DNA of 64,000 nt from a virus. Positions within the stretch are counted from its first letter, which is position 1, and every line of letters begins with the position of its first letter. Location of the stretch: positions 1 through 64,000 of IMG/VR virus record IMGVR_UViG_3300045988_165974. One strand, given 5' to 3'. Of the stretch, positions 53,999 through 62,807 are shown one piece after another. Below the pieces are notes generated by a model, which was given only the letters and a program-made list of their open reading frames with translations, had not been told where the DNA came from and made no database searches. Position numbers and translations under genes: made by a program.

Positions 53999-54820
53999 TC
54001 ATATAGCTTCTTTAGCTAAATTTTCTTTTAATATTTTTCTTACTTTATCTAAGCCTTTTGTTCCATAAGTTCTATATACTCTTGATTTAATAGATTTAGG
54101 AGATTTTTTATTTATCTCTCTAGCTATTGATAAATAATCATACCCTTGCAGTATTAAATTCTCCAAAGTATCTACTTCATTGTCTGTCCAAAATTCCATT
54201 TCTTTTTTTATTGGTCTTGCTTTTGTGTTCATTCTTTTCACTTTTTGGAGTATCCCATCTTCTGTTCTGCATAGTCTTTGAGCTATCTCATAACAAGAGT
54301 ATTTATATTCATTCACTAAGAAAAATAAGTATTCTTCATCTTTTTGAGTCCATTCTCTATTGTATTTTGATATTTCTACTTGATTCATTCTATCTCTGTT
54401 TCTTTTTGGTTCTACCCAATCTGGTTCTTTTCCTAACATAAATCTATCGAACTTAGAGAAGTCAAGAAATACTTGATTATCTTCTGCCCACTTCCAAAAG
54501 TTTTTTATATGTACACATTTAACCTTTTTGCTTTCTATTGTTTTAGTTAAAATTGGAAAGTCCCTCTTTATCCAAGCTTTTATGGAATTAGGAGAAGGAC
54601 TATCACAATATCCTGTATATCCTAGTGTCTCAAATAATTCTCTTAAAGTTATATAGTCACTACCTTTAAGGAATGGCCCTAGATTTAATCTACTTCTTCT
54701 TCTTTTAATGCCAGGTATTGTTCTTTCTAATTTTTTAGACAATTGAGGAAGGCTCATGACTCCCCAATTTTCTGCCAGATATTCATCTTCTTCTTTTGTC
54801 CACTTTTTATATGTTCTCAT
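53999..54820 (-). CDS. protein with three SANT/Myb-like HTH repeats
   Basis: WTKEEDEYLAENWG, WTQKDEEYLFFLV and WTDNEVDTLENLI each precede helix-rich segments. Confidence 0.4.
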   Translation of the reverse strand: MRTYKKWTKEEDEYLAENWGVMSLPQLSKKLERTIPGIKRRRSRLNLGPFLKGSDYITLRELFETLGYTGYCDSPSPNSIKAWIKRDFPILTKTIESKKVKCVHIKNFWKWAEDNQVFLDFSKFDRFMLGKEPDWVEPKRNRDRMNQVEISKYNREWTQKDEEYLFFLVNEYKYSCYEIAQRLCRTEDGILQKVKRMNTKARPIKKEMEFWTDNEVDTLENLILQGYDYLSIAREINKKSPKSIKSRVYRTYGTKGLDKVRKILKENLAKEAI

Positions 54821-54838
54821 TTTGTCCCCCTTTATTAA

Positions 54839-55264
54839 TTATTGAATAAGTCTTGCCTTATCGTAAAAATTACAAGAATTAGTCATTTCATTATATACAT
54901 AATAACTTTTAGCAAATTCGTCATATTTTATAAATCGAACTTTGGTCCACTTATTTTCTTCATTTAATATTTCTATCTTGTCTCCAAACTTTAAATTGTT
55001 TAAAAATTTAACTTCAACTCTTTCCCAGATAAGTCGTTCTCCTAAATATATTTTCATTATGTCATATTCTGAACGGAATCTATGAGTGAAATCGTTTTTA
55101 TACTCTCCTAAATCTCCTAATATACAGATATCTCCAGTAGTTGTTGGATTCCCCGTAAAACGAGTTATATTAGGAATACTAATTATTTCTCCTTTTATTA
55201 AAAAGTAATTAAAGCCATTTCTAAGTTTTAATTCCATACCATTTTTTAAGTCATTAAGTTTCAA
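54839..55264 (-). CDS. hypothetical protein
   Basis: 141-aa ORF. Confidence 0.3.
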   Translation of the reverse strand: MKLNDLKNGMELKLRNGFNYFLIKGEIISIPNITRFTGNPTTTGDICILGDLGEYKNDFTHRFRSEYDIMKIYLGERLIWERVEVKFLNNLKFGDKIEILNEENKWTKVRFIKYDEFAKSYYVYNEMTNSCNFYDKARLIQ

Positions 55265-55270
55265 AACCTA

Positions 55271-55501
55271 TCACCCCACGGTATAATATTTGCATAATTT
55301 TGCATTTAATCCTTTAAATAGGATATATGTTTCTTTAATGGGACACCCAACATTCCCTACGGCATCTTCTTCATGAAATACGCAATTATTACATTTTCTT
55401 TTAACTCTAAATCTAAAAGGATGTTTATTTCTATAATCTTGTTTTGCTTTTTCTAAGGTCCATGTTTCTTTCTTAGGTTCTTTATCTTCAATAATAATCA
55501 T
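55271..55501 (-). CDS. hypothetical Cys-containing protein
   Basis: 76-aa ORF with CNNC...C...C. Confidence 0.3.
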   Translation of the reverse strand: MIIIEDKEPKKETWTLEKAKQDYRNKHPFRFRVKRKCNNCVFHEEDAVGNVGCPIKETYILFKGLNAKLCKYYTVG

Positions 55502-55502
55502 T

Positions 55503-55751
55503 TTAAAATCCTTTCTTTATAGTTCCATCTGCCTTATATACAGGACACATAAATCCTTCATGAGAAGATGTATTTACATAATAATGAATCTTTGTTTCAT
55601 TATCCATAACTTCTGTTACAGGGAAGCCATCTATCTTCTTTTCTTCTGAAATAATAGTAAATCCTTTTGTTTCAGTCATTCCTTTACATCCTGTTGTACT
55701 AAAACAGAATATACCAATTATTCCAATTAGTAATATTTTTTTGATTTTCAT
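55503..55751 (-). CDS. putative lipoprotein
   Basis: Signal peptide MKIKKILLIGIIGIFCFSTTGC with a lipobox-like TTGC. Confidence 0.5.
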   Translation of the reverse strand: MKIKKILLIGIIGIFCFSTTGCKGMTETKGFTIISEEKKIDGFPVTEVMDNETKIHYYVNTSSHEGFMCPVYKADGTIKKGF

Positions 55752-55767
55752 GTTTATTTCCTTTCTG

Positions 55768-55953
55768 TTAAACTAAAATACATATTGTTTTGCCACATTT
55801 TGAACATGTGATATAAATACAATATTCACCTTTTGTTATTTCAAAGTTCTTTACATTTCCTAATTGAACTTCTCCATATTCATCAAAGCTATTTGTTTCT
55901 TTTATTTCACTTTCATTTCCACAGTCACATATAATTTTCATATCATTCACCAT
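55768..55953 (-). CDS. small zinc-ribbon protein
   Basis: CDCG...CSKCG pairs in 61 aa. Confidence 0.35.
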   Translation of the reverse strand: MVNDMKIICDCGNESEIKETNSFDEYGEVQLGNVKNFEITKGEYCIYITCSKCGKTICILV

Positions 55954-56104
55954 TATCTGTACTATAATAAATTAAAATTATTCTTCCATATCTTAAACTA
56001 TTATCACACAATATTGAAATTATTGATTTAGGATATATTTTATTTTCATTTAAATAATCTTTTAAATCCATATAATCATCAAAATATTCTACTTTATATT
56101 CCAT
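55943..56104 (-). CDS. hypothetical small protein (start trimmed to the ATG after AGGGGG)
   Basis: MEYKVEYFDDYMDLKDYL... Confidence 0.3.
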   Translation of the reverse strand: MEYKVEYFDDYMDLKDYLNENKIYPKSIISILCDNSLRYGRIILIYYSTDNGE

Positions 56105-56114
56105 AAGACACCCC

Positions 56115-56513
56115 CTATTTCTTAGATAAATTGTAATTATCAACTAGCCAACTGAAACGGCAATTGCATTCGTTGTTTTTACTTGAGCTATAATCACATT
56201 TAGAACAATATGTTTCATAACAGTATGTTCTAAATTCATCATCTATTTCTTTATTTATTGTCTTCTCATTAGGAGCTAATTTAGCATACTTCCAAGAGAC
56301 TACAATAAGATTGTTTGGACGTGAAGTACTCCAAGATGTAGCTCCATTTGTAAAAGTGAAAACTTTCCCATTTTCATATTTAGCAAAGTATCGTCTATCC
56401 CATTTTACATTTTCGCTATTCTTTACTAAAACTTTTGTATCGACTGGGATTTTACTCCAATCTATTTCATCTCTTTTCCAAATCGTTTTACCCCTATTAT
56501 CAAATATTTTCAC
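56115..56513 (-). CDS. hypothetical protein
   Basis: 132-aa ORF. Confidence 0.3.
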   Translation of the reverse strand: MKIFDNRGKTIWKRDEIDWSKIPVDTKVLVKNSENVKWDRRYFAKYENGKVFTFTNGATSWSTSRPNNLIVVSWKYAKLAPNEKTINKEIDDEFRTYCYETYCSKCDYSSSKNNECNCRFSWLVDNYNLSKK

Positions 56514-56704
56514 TATATCGAAATTAGATGATTTTTTTTTGAGATTAAGTCATCTTCATAAGTTTCTAAGAAGTCCCACAATGTTTCACATGGAACTAAA
56601 GTATGTTCAATAGTTTTAATATATACCATGCCTTCAATAACATAATAAGTACTACCCATTCTTAATTCAAAAAGCATTCCATTTGTTATTTGTGATTTTT
56701 GCAT
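56513..56704 (-). CDS. hypothetical small protein (start trimmed to the ATG after AAGGAGG)
   Basis: MQKSQITNGMLFELRMG... Confidence 0.3.
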   Translation of the reverse strand: MQKSQITNGMLFELRMGSTYYVIEGMVYIKTIEHTLVPCETLWDFLETYEDDLISKKNHLISI

Positions 56705-56705
56705 A

Positions 56706-57404
56706 TTAAACCTCCTTTGTAACATCGTTAATACTTCCACCAAAAGAACTATCTTGGCTTTCTATGAAATCTATAAATTTTTCATAAAAATCTCTTAGAG
56801 ACAAATCTGTATTTATTGTTCCTGATATTTCCAACATATTTTTTGGATTAATCCATTCTACTATTGTAAATCCTTCGCTTTGATAAAATCCTTTGGAAGA
56901 ATATTCTATGTTTTGTCTTTCTTTTATATATTCAAAACATACTTTATCATTGTAATCTCGCCATCCAAAATAACACGAACTAATTAATTTTCCTGTCTTT
57001 TGGTCTCTGACTTTTAGAACCCAAGCTAGGAATTCTTCTATTTCGGATTGTGTTTTACAGTGAATTGCAACGCTTTCAGAAACAAATATATCCCATGTTA
57101 AATTTTTTCTAGTTATGGCTTTATCTGGTCTCCATTCATAATAAGTTTTCTCAAAATCATCCATCAATCCCCAACTTACTCTTTTATTTAGTCTATTAAC
57201 ATTATAAAATGTTTTTCCCTTGTATGTATTCCAATAAGTATTATTTAATGTTTCAAAGTCATTTCCAGTTACTGCCCACTTGAAACCATTTTCACCTAAG
57301 AAGTTCAATAAATCCATAGCTTCTCTTTCTGTTTTACAGTTGATATTAACTTCTGTTAAATCACCAGTAAATTCTTTAAATATATTCCTATTTAATATTG
57401 CCAT
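56706..57404 (-). CDS. hypothetical protein
   Basis: 232-aa ORF. Confidence 0.3.
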   Translation of the reverse strand: MAILNRNIFKEFTGDLTEVNINCKTEREAMDLLNFLGENGFKWAVTGNDFETLNNTYWNTYKGKTFYNVNRLNKRVSWGLMDDFEKTYYEWRPDKAITRKNLTWDIFVSESVAIHCKTQSEIEEFLAWVLKVRDQKTGKLISSCYFGWRDYNDKVCFEYIKERQNIEYSSKGFYQSEGFTIVEWINPKNMLEISGTINTDLSLRDFYEKFIDFIESQDSSFGGSINDVTKEV

Positions 57405-57967
57405 TTTCCTACCTCTTTCTTATACACATAGTAATAAAAAATATTATCAATAGCTATTCCAATAAACATTAGAAAGAATCCTAACTTTGTTGGTAATACT
57501 ATTAAAGAACTAAATGCATATCCAATAATACAAGCTATATTATTATAATAAACAGTCTTGTTATCAAATTTTTCCCTGTCTTCTCCTTCGTATCTTAACG
57601 ATTTTAAACGAACTCCTGCACATATGATATTTCTTGTTATTAAGGAGCTTAATATAGCATCTGACATAAAGAAGAATAATGGAGATATTCCATCTACTAT
57701 AAACAAATAAATCAATATGCCATATAGAATAACTTCTATTGATAAGAAAAAGGAAAAAGCTCTATAAAGAACTTTTCCTTTAGATAACCAAATCTTTGTT
57801 ATTAATACAGTAAGAACACAATTTAACAAACTAGCTATGCTAAGAAGATTAGAAGTTATTGCACTTACAGTTACTGTATGAACAATTGGATATGTAATAG
57901 AATAAAACAAGCTACTAGAAAATCCTGCTATTAATAGCTTATCTTTATTTTTATTTATTTGCACCAA
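57392..57967 (-). CDS. polytopic membrane protein
   Basis: 191 aa with five or six hydrophobic helices. Confidence 0.45.
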   Translation of the reverse strand: MVQINKNKDKLLIAGFSSSLFYSITYPIVHTVTVSAITSNLLSIASLLNCVLTVLITKIWLSKGKVLYRAFSFFLSIEVILYGILIYLFIVDGISPLFFFMSDAILSSLITRNIICAGVRLKSLRYEGEDREKFDNKTVYYNNIACIIGYAFSSLIVLPTKLGFFLMFIGIAIDNIFYYYVYKKEVGKWQY

Positions 57968-58133
57968 ACCACCATACTCCCATTATGAATCCTATACATA
58001 TTCCAATTATAAGTTTAATCATATTATCACCTCTTTAGTTAGTATTTTTATATCTATTCTTATGATTTAATTATATAATTTTAATATTAATGTGTCAACA
58101 TAAAAATGGTAAGAAAAGAGAGGAAATTCCTCT

Positions 58134-58403
58134 CTAATCCTTCATGCTATCATATATATTACTTATAGTCTTTTTAAAAGCATTATCTTTATTCTCTTTT
58201 GGTTTAGTAACCTTTGTAACAGGCTTACTCTTTTGAGGGGGAGTAGCTGCTAAAACTACCCCCTTAAGCATAAACTTTCTTTCTAATAACATTCTTTCAA
58301 GTGCTTGACTGTTTGTAGAAAGTCCATTTTCCTCTTTATAAGCTTTCACATCCTCATACAAGTCTTTAGAGAGAGAATAACTAGTCGTTATCTTCTTCGC
58401 CAT
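58134..58403 (-). CDS. parR: ParR-like ribbon-helix-helix centromere-binding protein
   Basis: 89 aa, overlapping the end of the ParM-like gene. The N-terminus TTSYSLSKDLYEDVKAYKEENGLSTNSQALERMLLE looks RHH-like. Confidence 0.45.
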   Translation of the reverse strand: MAKKITTSYSLSKDLYEDVKAYKEENGLSTNSQALERMLLERKFMLKGVVLAATPPQKSKPVTKVTKPKENKDNAFKKTISNIYDSMKD

Positions 58404-59334
58404 CTATCTCGCCTCCAAACTGCTCTGAACAGATGTAATAAAGTCCTTCGGCAGTAGCCATTTGAGGATTCTCTATCATCTTATATTTATTGTCAAAATT
58501 AAGTCTCATAGAAGTTCCTCCTGCTATTCTAATATCCATTTCATCTGTATTCTTCCAGATGTCAGAAATGTATTGATTAAGTTTTTCTGACATAAGTTCA
58601 TAAGCAGATTCTTTCATTTCTTCTGTGGCTGGCTCTGTATCGAAGTCTATTTCAAAAGTTTCCTTAGAAAGATTCTTCTTCATAAGTCTATCTCTAACTA
58701 TCTTTAATGCATCTTTATTCCCATATTCCAATGTAGAAGATAAGCTATCTCTAAATCTACCCCCTCTTTCAAAATAACTAAATTCAGAAGTATTAAAACC
58801 AACTGAAACAAGACCAACATGATTATGCTCATTATCTATAAGTCCTTTGTATCTAAGTCCCATAAGAGCAGCATCTGCTTCTCTGAATATATTTATATTA
58901 TTTACAGTAACTCTCTTAGTAGTATTATTTATAGCATCTTGTATTTCAAATGTTTTCCCTTGATATTTATTTATTACCTTATGCATCTCTGATTTTCTAA
59001 AACTCTTATTAGGGACTCCTAGCATGATAGAAACATTATCTTCAACTGCTGCTTGAAGAAGTCCTGTAACAAATAATAATTCAGCAGTTCTTGAAACCTT
59101 AGAATCATTGTTATTTCTGATTGGTGAATAGCTTTCTTTTTCAGATAGTTCTCCTACAAAATACTTCTTACTTTCATATCCTATACAGATAGGAGCTTCA
59201 TATTTATCAAAATCTATATCTTCTGTTCTTCCATCTCCCACGATACTTTTGAATACAAATTCTTTAGGTTTGTTGTTAATAACTGTAAATATCTTTACAA
59301 ACCCTCTCCCAATATCCATACCTATATATTGCAT
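58381..59334 (-). CDS. parM: ParM/Alp-family actin-like segregation ATPase
   Basis: Start trimmed to the ATG after GGAGGT (MQYIGMDIGRGFVKIF...). It has the actin-fold phosphate-1 motif DIGRG, and later VGFNTSEF and IAGGTS. Iterons lie upstream. Confidence 0.6.
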   Translation of the reverse strand: MQYIGMDIGRGFVKIFTVINNKPKEFVFKSIVGDGRTEDIDFDKYEAPICIGYESKKYFVGELSEKESYSPIRNNNDSKVSRTAELLFVTGLLQAAVEDNVSIMLGVPNKSFRKSEMHKVINKYQGKTFEIQDAINNTTKRVTVNNINIFREADAALMGLRYKGLIDNEHNHVGLVSVGFNTSEFSYFERGGRFRDSLSSTLEYGNKDALKIVRDRLMKKNLSKETFEIDFDTEPATEEMKESAYELMSEKLNQYISDIWKNTDEMDIRIAGGTSMRLNFDNKYKMIENPQMATAEGLYYICSEQFGGEIDGEEDND

Positions 59335-59403
59335 ATTATTACCTCCAATATGTTTTTCTTTAATAGTAGCATATATAATTTTTATTCGCAATAATTTTTT
59401 GTT

Positions 59404-59532
59404 AATATATCGTTAATTTTTCATTAGTGTTTTTTAAACATATTAATATATCATTGAGAAACAATTAATATCTTGTGAATATATCATTAACATTCCTGAT
59501 GCACTATATTTTTCTGTGAATATATCATTAGT
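59404..59532. repeat. parC-like iterons (4x AATATATC[AG]TT[AG]) upstream of parM
   Basis: Copies start at 59404, 59445, 59478 and 59519 (spacing 41/33/41 bp). Confidence 0.55.
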
Positions 59533-59743
59533 AAACCATGAGTATATAACTGACACTCTCTATACAAGATTTAGAGCGTTTTGTTTTTCTTCCCTTTGTA
59601 ATTTATCAATGTTATTATAGTTAAACTCTTAGAATGGCTCTGACAGGGTTGTATAGGAAGTATGTAAACATTCTATTTTCCATATAGATTTTGCCGTTTT
59701 TAAATTATGAATTTTATAATATCATTTCTTGCATTTTTTATTT

Positions 59744-59897
59744 GGGGATTTGGGATTAGGAGGAGATGTGTGGGGTTTTATTGAGTGTTGGAGGGGTGAT
59801 TTTGTAGTGTGTCTGCTGTGTGTCTGCTGTGTAAACAACTGTTGTCTCCTGCCTGAAATACTCGGAAAAAAAATCCTAAAAGTAGGGGGGAGGGGGA
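59744..59897 (+). other. strand-asymmetric G/T-rich island with G-runs and a tandem GTGTCTGCTGT x2
   Basis: GGGG, GGG, GGGG, GGGG, GGGGGG and GGGGG runs lie within 150 nt in an otherwise ~75-80% AT region. The tandem 11-mers are at 59809-59830. Confidence 0.5.
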
Positions 59898-60528
59898 TAA
59901 ATTCTATATAATAATTATATTATATCTACTATTTGAAAATAGGAGCATGATTTTTAAAAAAGGCTACTGGGGAGTGTTCTAAATTTTTTCATGCATTTTT
60001 TATAGGGAATAATGGAAAAATTGCAATTGTTTATAAATTGAAACCTCTTACAATTTTCCCGTCAATTTACTTCAATTGTCAGAAAACTTACTACAATTGC
60101 ATAATCCACTCTTAAACTTGCATTTTTAAAACTCCAATAATTCCAATAAAAAATATAACAATACTTAATAATTTATTTAAAAAAATAATCCCTTTATTGT
60201 CTAAAATTCTATATAATCCTTCTATATAACTTTATTGATTTTATGATATAATATAGACAATATAATATATTATTTTTACATTTATTCATAGAATTAAAAT
60301 ACTAATATAATATACTATTATAATTTATAATTAAATATTAAACAATAACTCATATTATATAATAAAGTGTCGAATATATATAACATTTATTAAAAATAGT
60401 AACTGTCTATATGGCTTTTTAAAGTCCTTGTATTCACTTCTTAATACATCTATACCTTTAAAGCTTTAAACTCTTTATAAGCTTAATAACAGGTCATAAG
60501 GTTAATAACCTATAATTTACTATTTATA

Positions 60529-60700
60529 AACAAATAGTTTACTAATACTATACTTTAAAAAAAATTAGTATTTATATACTAAAAGTTTACTAATACTATA
60601 CTAAAATAAGTTTAATATTTTTAAACAAATAGTATAGTATTAGTAAACTTTAAACAAGTATATTTATATTAAACAAATAGTATATAAATATTAAACTTTA
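60529..60700. repeat. iteron/inverted-repeat cluster
   Basis: AGTTTACTAATACTATACT occurs at 60536 and 60584 (direct) and 60631-60649 (inverted). There are 3x TAAACAAATAGT. Also TAGTATTTATATACTA / TAGTATATAAATATTA. Confidence 0.6.
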
Positions 60701-60753
60701 AAATTGGGTTTTTACCTTCTAAAATCCAGTTTAAAAAGCCTATTTTATAAAGG

Positions 60754-60789
60754 TATAAAAGTACTATATATATTTATAGTACTTTTATA
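60754..60789. repeat. 36-bp palindrome (15-bp perfect arms)
   Basis: TATAAAAGTACTATA-TATATT-TATAGTACTTTTATA. Confidence 0.6.
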
Positions 60790-60942
60790 TTGTCAATTAA
60801 GGAATATATAACAGGCTTTTTATCCCTGTTATATTATATCTAACAACTAACTGGTAAAAGATTATATATTAATAGAGGGGATATATAATTATATAAGTAT
60901 GATAACAATATAAGGCTTTACAATGTAAATAATATAAATAAT

Positions 60943-60990
60943 CTAGTTATCGTCCATTTTTAGATCAATGGACGATAACTAGGCTTTTTA
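60943..60990 (+). terminator. 15-bp perfect stem hairpin followed by GCTTTTTA
   Basis: CTAGTTATCGTCCAT-(10 nt)-ATGGACGATAACTAG then GCTTTTTA. Could be a terminator or a protein-binding palindrome. Confidence 0.45.
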
Positions 60991-61441
60991 CCGACTAATT
61001 ACCTAATAGACTATACATTACATAATTAACATTAGGTTAATAGGTTAATCAATGCATTAGAGGGAATATTGTAGCTTTATAGCCTGTTATATAGATAACT
61101 CTAATTATTTACAACTGGATAATAGATTAACACTAGTTAATAACTAGTACTCTATATAAGAATATAATAGCCTTATGCTTTATTAATAATATAAATTATC
61201 CATAAGCTATATAAAACCTCTTACATTGGCAATACGGGGATATTTTAACCTATATAGTATTTTCAGGAATATATGACCATACCATATAAATTTATTTTTA
61301 TGGATAAATAAAGTTTTTTAAGAAATTTTATTTTTATTATTGAAATACTAGAATAAAAGTAGTACTATATAAATATCTTAATTGATAAAACATCTTATAT
61401 TAATAGCTTAAAACTTTTTTAAAAACTTTTTTATAAAGTAG

Positions 61442-61470
61442 TTGACAATATAAAGTATATAAGCTACAAT
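61442..61470 (+). promoter_or_regulatory. sigma70-type early promoter P1
   Basis: TTGACA-N17-TACAAT with an A/T-rich UP-like tract upstream. Confidence 0.65.
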
Positions 61471-61542
61471 ATAAGAAACAGTACTTTTAATATATTAGTT
61501 AACAGGCTTTTAAAAAAAGTTTAAAAACTTTTAAAAAAGTAG

Positions 61543-61571
61543 TTGACAGAGGATTAAAAAAGTACTATACT
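61543..61571 (+). promoter_or_regulatory. sigma70-type early promoter P2
   Basis: TTGACA-N17-TATACT. The upstream ~60 nt duplicate the P1 upstream tract. Confidence 0.65.
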
Positions 61572-61637
61572 TAAATTAATAAATGAGTTGATAGTTTTAC
61601 ACTAAAAACTTATTTATTACATATTAACCATAGGAAG

Positions 61638-61667
61638 TTGACTTATTCAACTACTATACTTTATAAT
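61638..61667 (+). promoter_or_regulatory. sigma70-type early promoter P3
   Basis: TTGACT-N18-TATAAT. Confidence 0.55.
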
Positions 61668-62042
61668 AAAGGGGACTAGTAAAGTATTAGTTATCTTATA
61701 TCCTCACCTAAACAACTTGTAGCTTTATAACTTGTACGGTAAAATAAAATATTCGACAACTTTGGGAAATCCTTCAATATACCGACTACTCTTTTATGTA
61801 GTAGCTCATTTCAGTATATTAAAAGCCTGTATCTTGAAGTGCTTAAGAGTGCTTGGAGTTAGGAGTATAAGAGTAACAACTCTTTGGATTAAGAATAAAT
61901 TTTTATCTTTAACCTTTTAACCCTTTTTAAAGGTGTGTGGGTTACCTATTGAAAACCCACTAACATTTTAAAATTAATCTTTGGGTATAAGGTGACAACT
62001 TTATACTCAAACACTAGTTTTAAAATAAAAGGGGGATATAAA

Positions 62043-62246
62043 ATGATAAATTTAAGAAAAAAACCAGTAGAGACTAAAAATTATAGTGTGGAATTAGACA
62101 ATAACAACTCTATGTTATTTAAAAATTTCTTACATGGATTAGGAGCAACTTTTGAAACAAGTTCATGTTATAATCTTGTACATTTTAGTTTAAATTTAAC
62201 TCATAGACAATATGTAAGAGTTAGTAACTTTTTAGATTTATTATAA
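62043..62246 (+). CDS. hypothetical early protein
   Basis: Start trimmed to the ATG after AAAGGGGGATATAAA (MINLRKKPVETKNY...). 67 aa. Confidence 0.5.
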   Translation: MINLRKKPVETKNYSVELDNNNSMLFKNFLHGLGATFETSSCYNLVHFSLNLTHRQYVRVSNFLDLL

Positions 62247-62362
62247 TTATTCAAGGGACTTTAAAAGTCCCTTCATGGTATTAGTGGTTGATAACCTTCT
62301 CGTGGTGATACCGTTTAAACTAATTTTAATCAACCAAATTTTAAGATAAAAGGGGATAAAAA
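62247..62362 (+). repeat. structured intergenic cassette, copy 1
   Basis: GGGACTTTAAAAGTCCC hairpin (62255-62271), second stem GGTAT...ATACC around ..ACCTTCTCGTGG.. (62277-62312), then AAATTTTAAGATAAAAGGGGATAAAAA-ATG. Confidence 0.6.
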
Positions 62363-62494
62363 ATGAAAAAATCATTAATTTTAGCTTTAATCATAACTAT
62401 ATTTTGCATGAGTTTAACTTGCTATCAAGTTTCAAGTGATGAAATTCAAGCAACTTTTTTAAACGGATTATTTGATATTACAATTTCATTATAA
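62363..62494 (+). CDS. small secreted/lipoprotein-like peptide (43 aa)
   Basis: Own translation: MKKSLILALIITIFCMSLTCYQVSSDEIQATFLNGLFDITISL. Strong RBS AAAGGGGAT. Below the track cutoff. Confidence 0.45.
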   Translation: MKKSLILALIITIFCMSLTCYQVSSDEIQATFLNGLFDITISL

Positions 62495-62507
62495 GGGGGA
62501 TAAAAAA

Positions 62508-62807
62508 ATGAAAACTATGCTAGATATTAATACAAGTGGAGATTATAGAATACATTTAGGACTTGACAAAGGATTTTTAGTAGTGCTAGATAATCAACCT
62601 GTAAATACTATAGGAGTTAAACCAATAAATTGTTGTATTTATAAATTTCCTGAAAATGCGAACTTTGAAGAGTCTGAAATTGTTGAAAATATGCAAGACT
62701 ATATTTTCGTTGCTCCAGTTCGATTTTATGTAGACTTTGATAAAATTGACACTAACATGATGGAGAAAATAACAACTCGAGCATTAAATCATGTTGGTAG
62801 ATATTAA
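62508..62807 (+). CDS. hypothetical early protein
   Basis: Start trimmed to the ATG after AAGGGGGATAAAAAA (MKTMLDINTSG...). 99 aa. Confidence 0.5.
   Translation: MKTMLDINTSGDYRIHLGLDKGFLVVLDNQPVNTIGVKPINCCIYKFPENANFEESEIVENMQDYIFVAPVRFYVDFDKIDTNMMEKITTRALNHVGRY

Noticed and set aside
59729-59911. 60-aa plus-strand ORF in the G-rich island
   Set aside because: The Gly/Cys/Val-rich translation is a composition artefact of the G/T-rich tract. There is no RBS.
61732-61920. 62-aa ORF in the early leader
   Set aside because: There is no Shine-Dalgarno sequence, unlike every neighbouring early gene, which has AAAGGGG(G)AT. It is more likely part of a non-coding leader.
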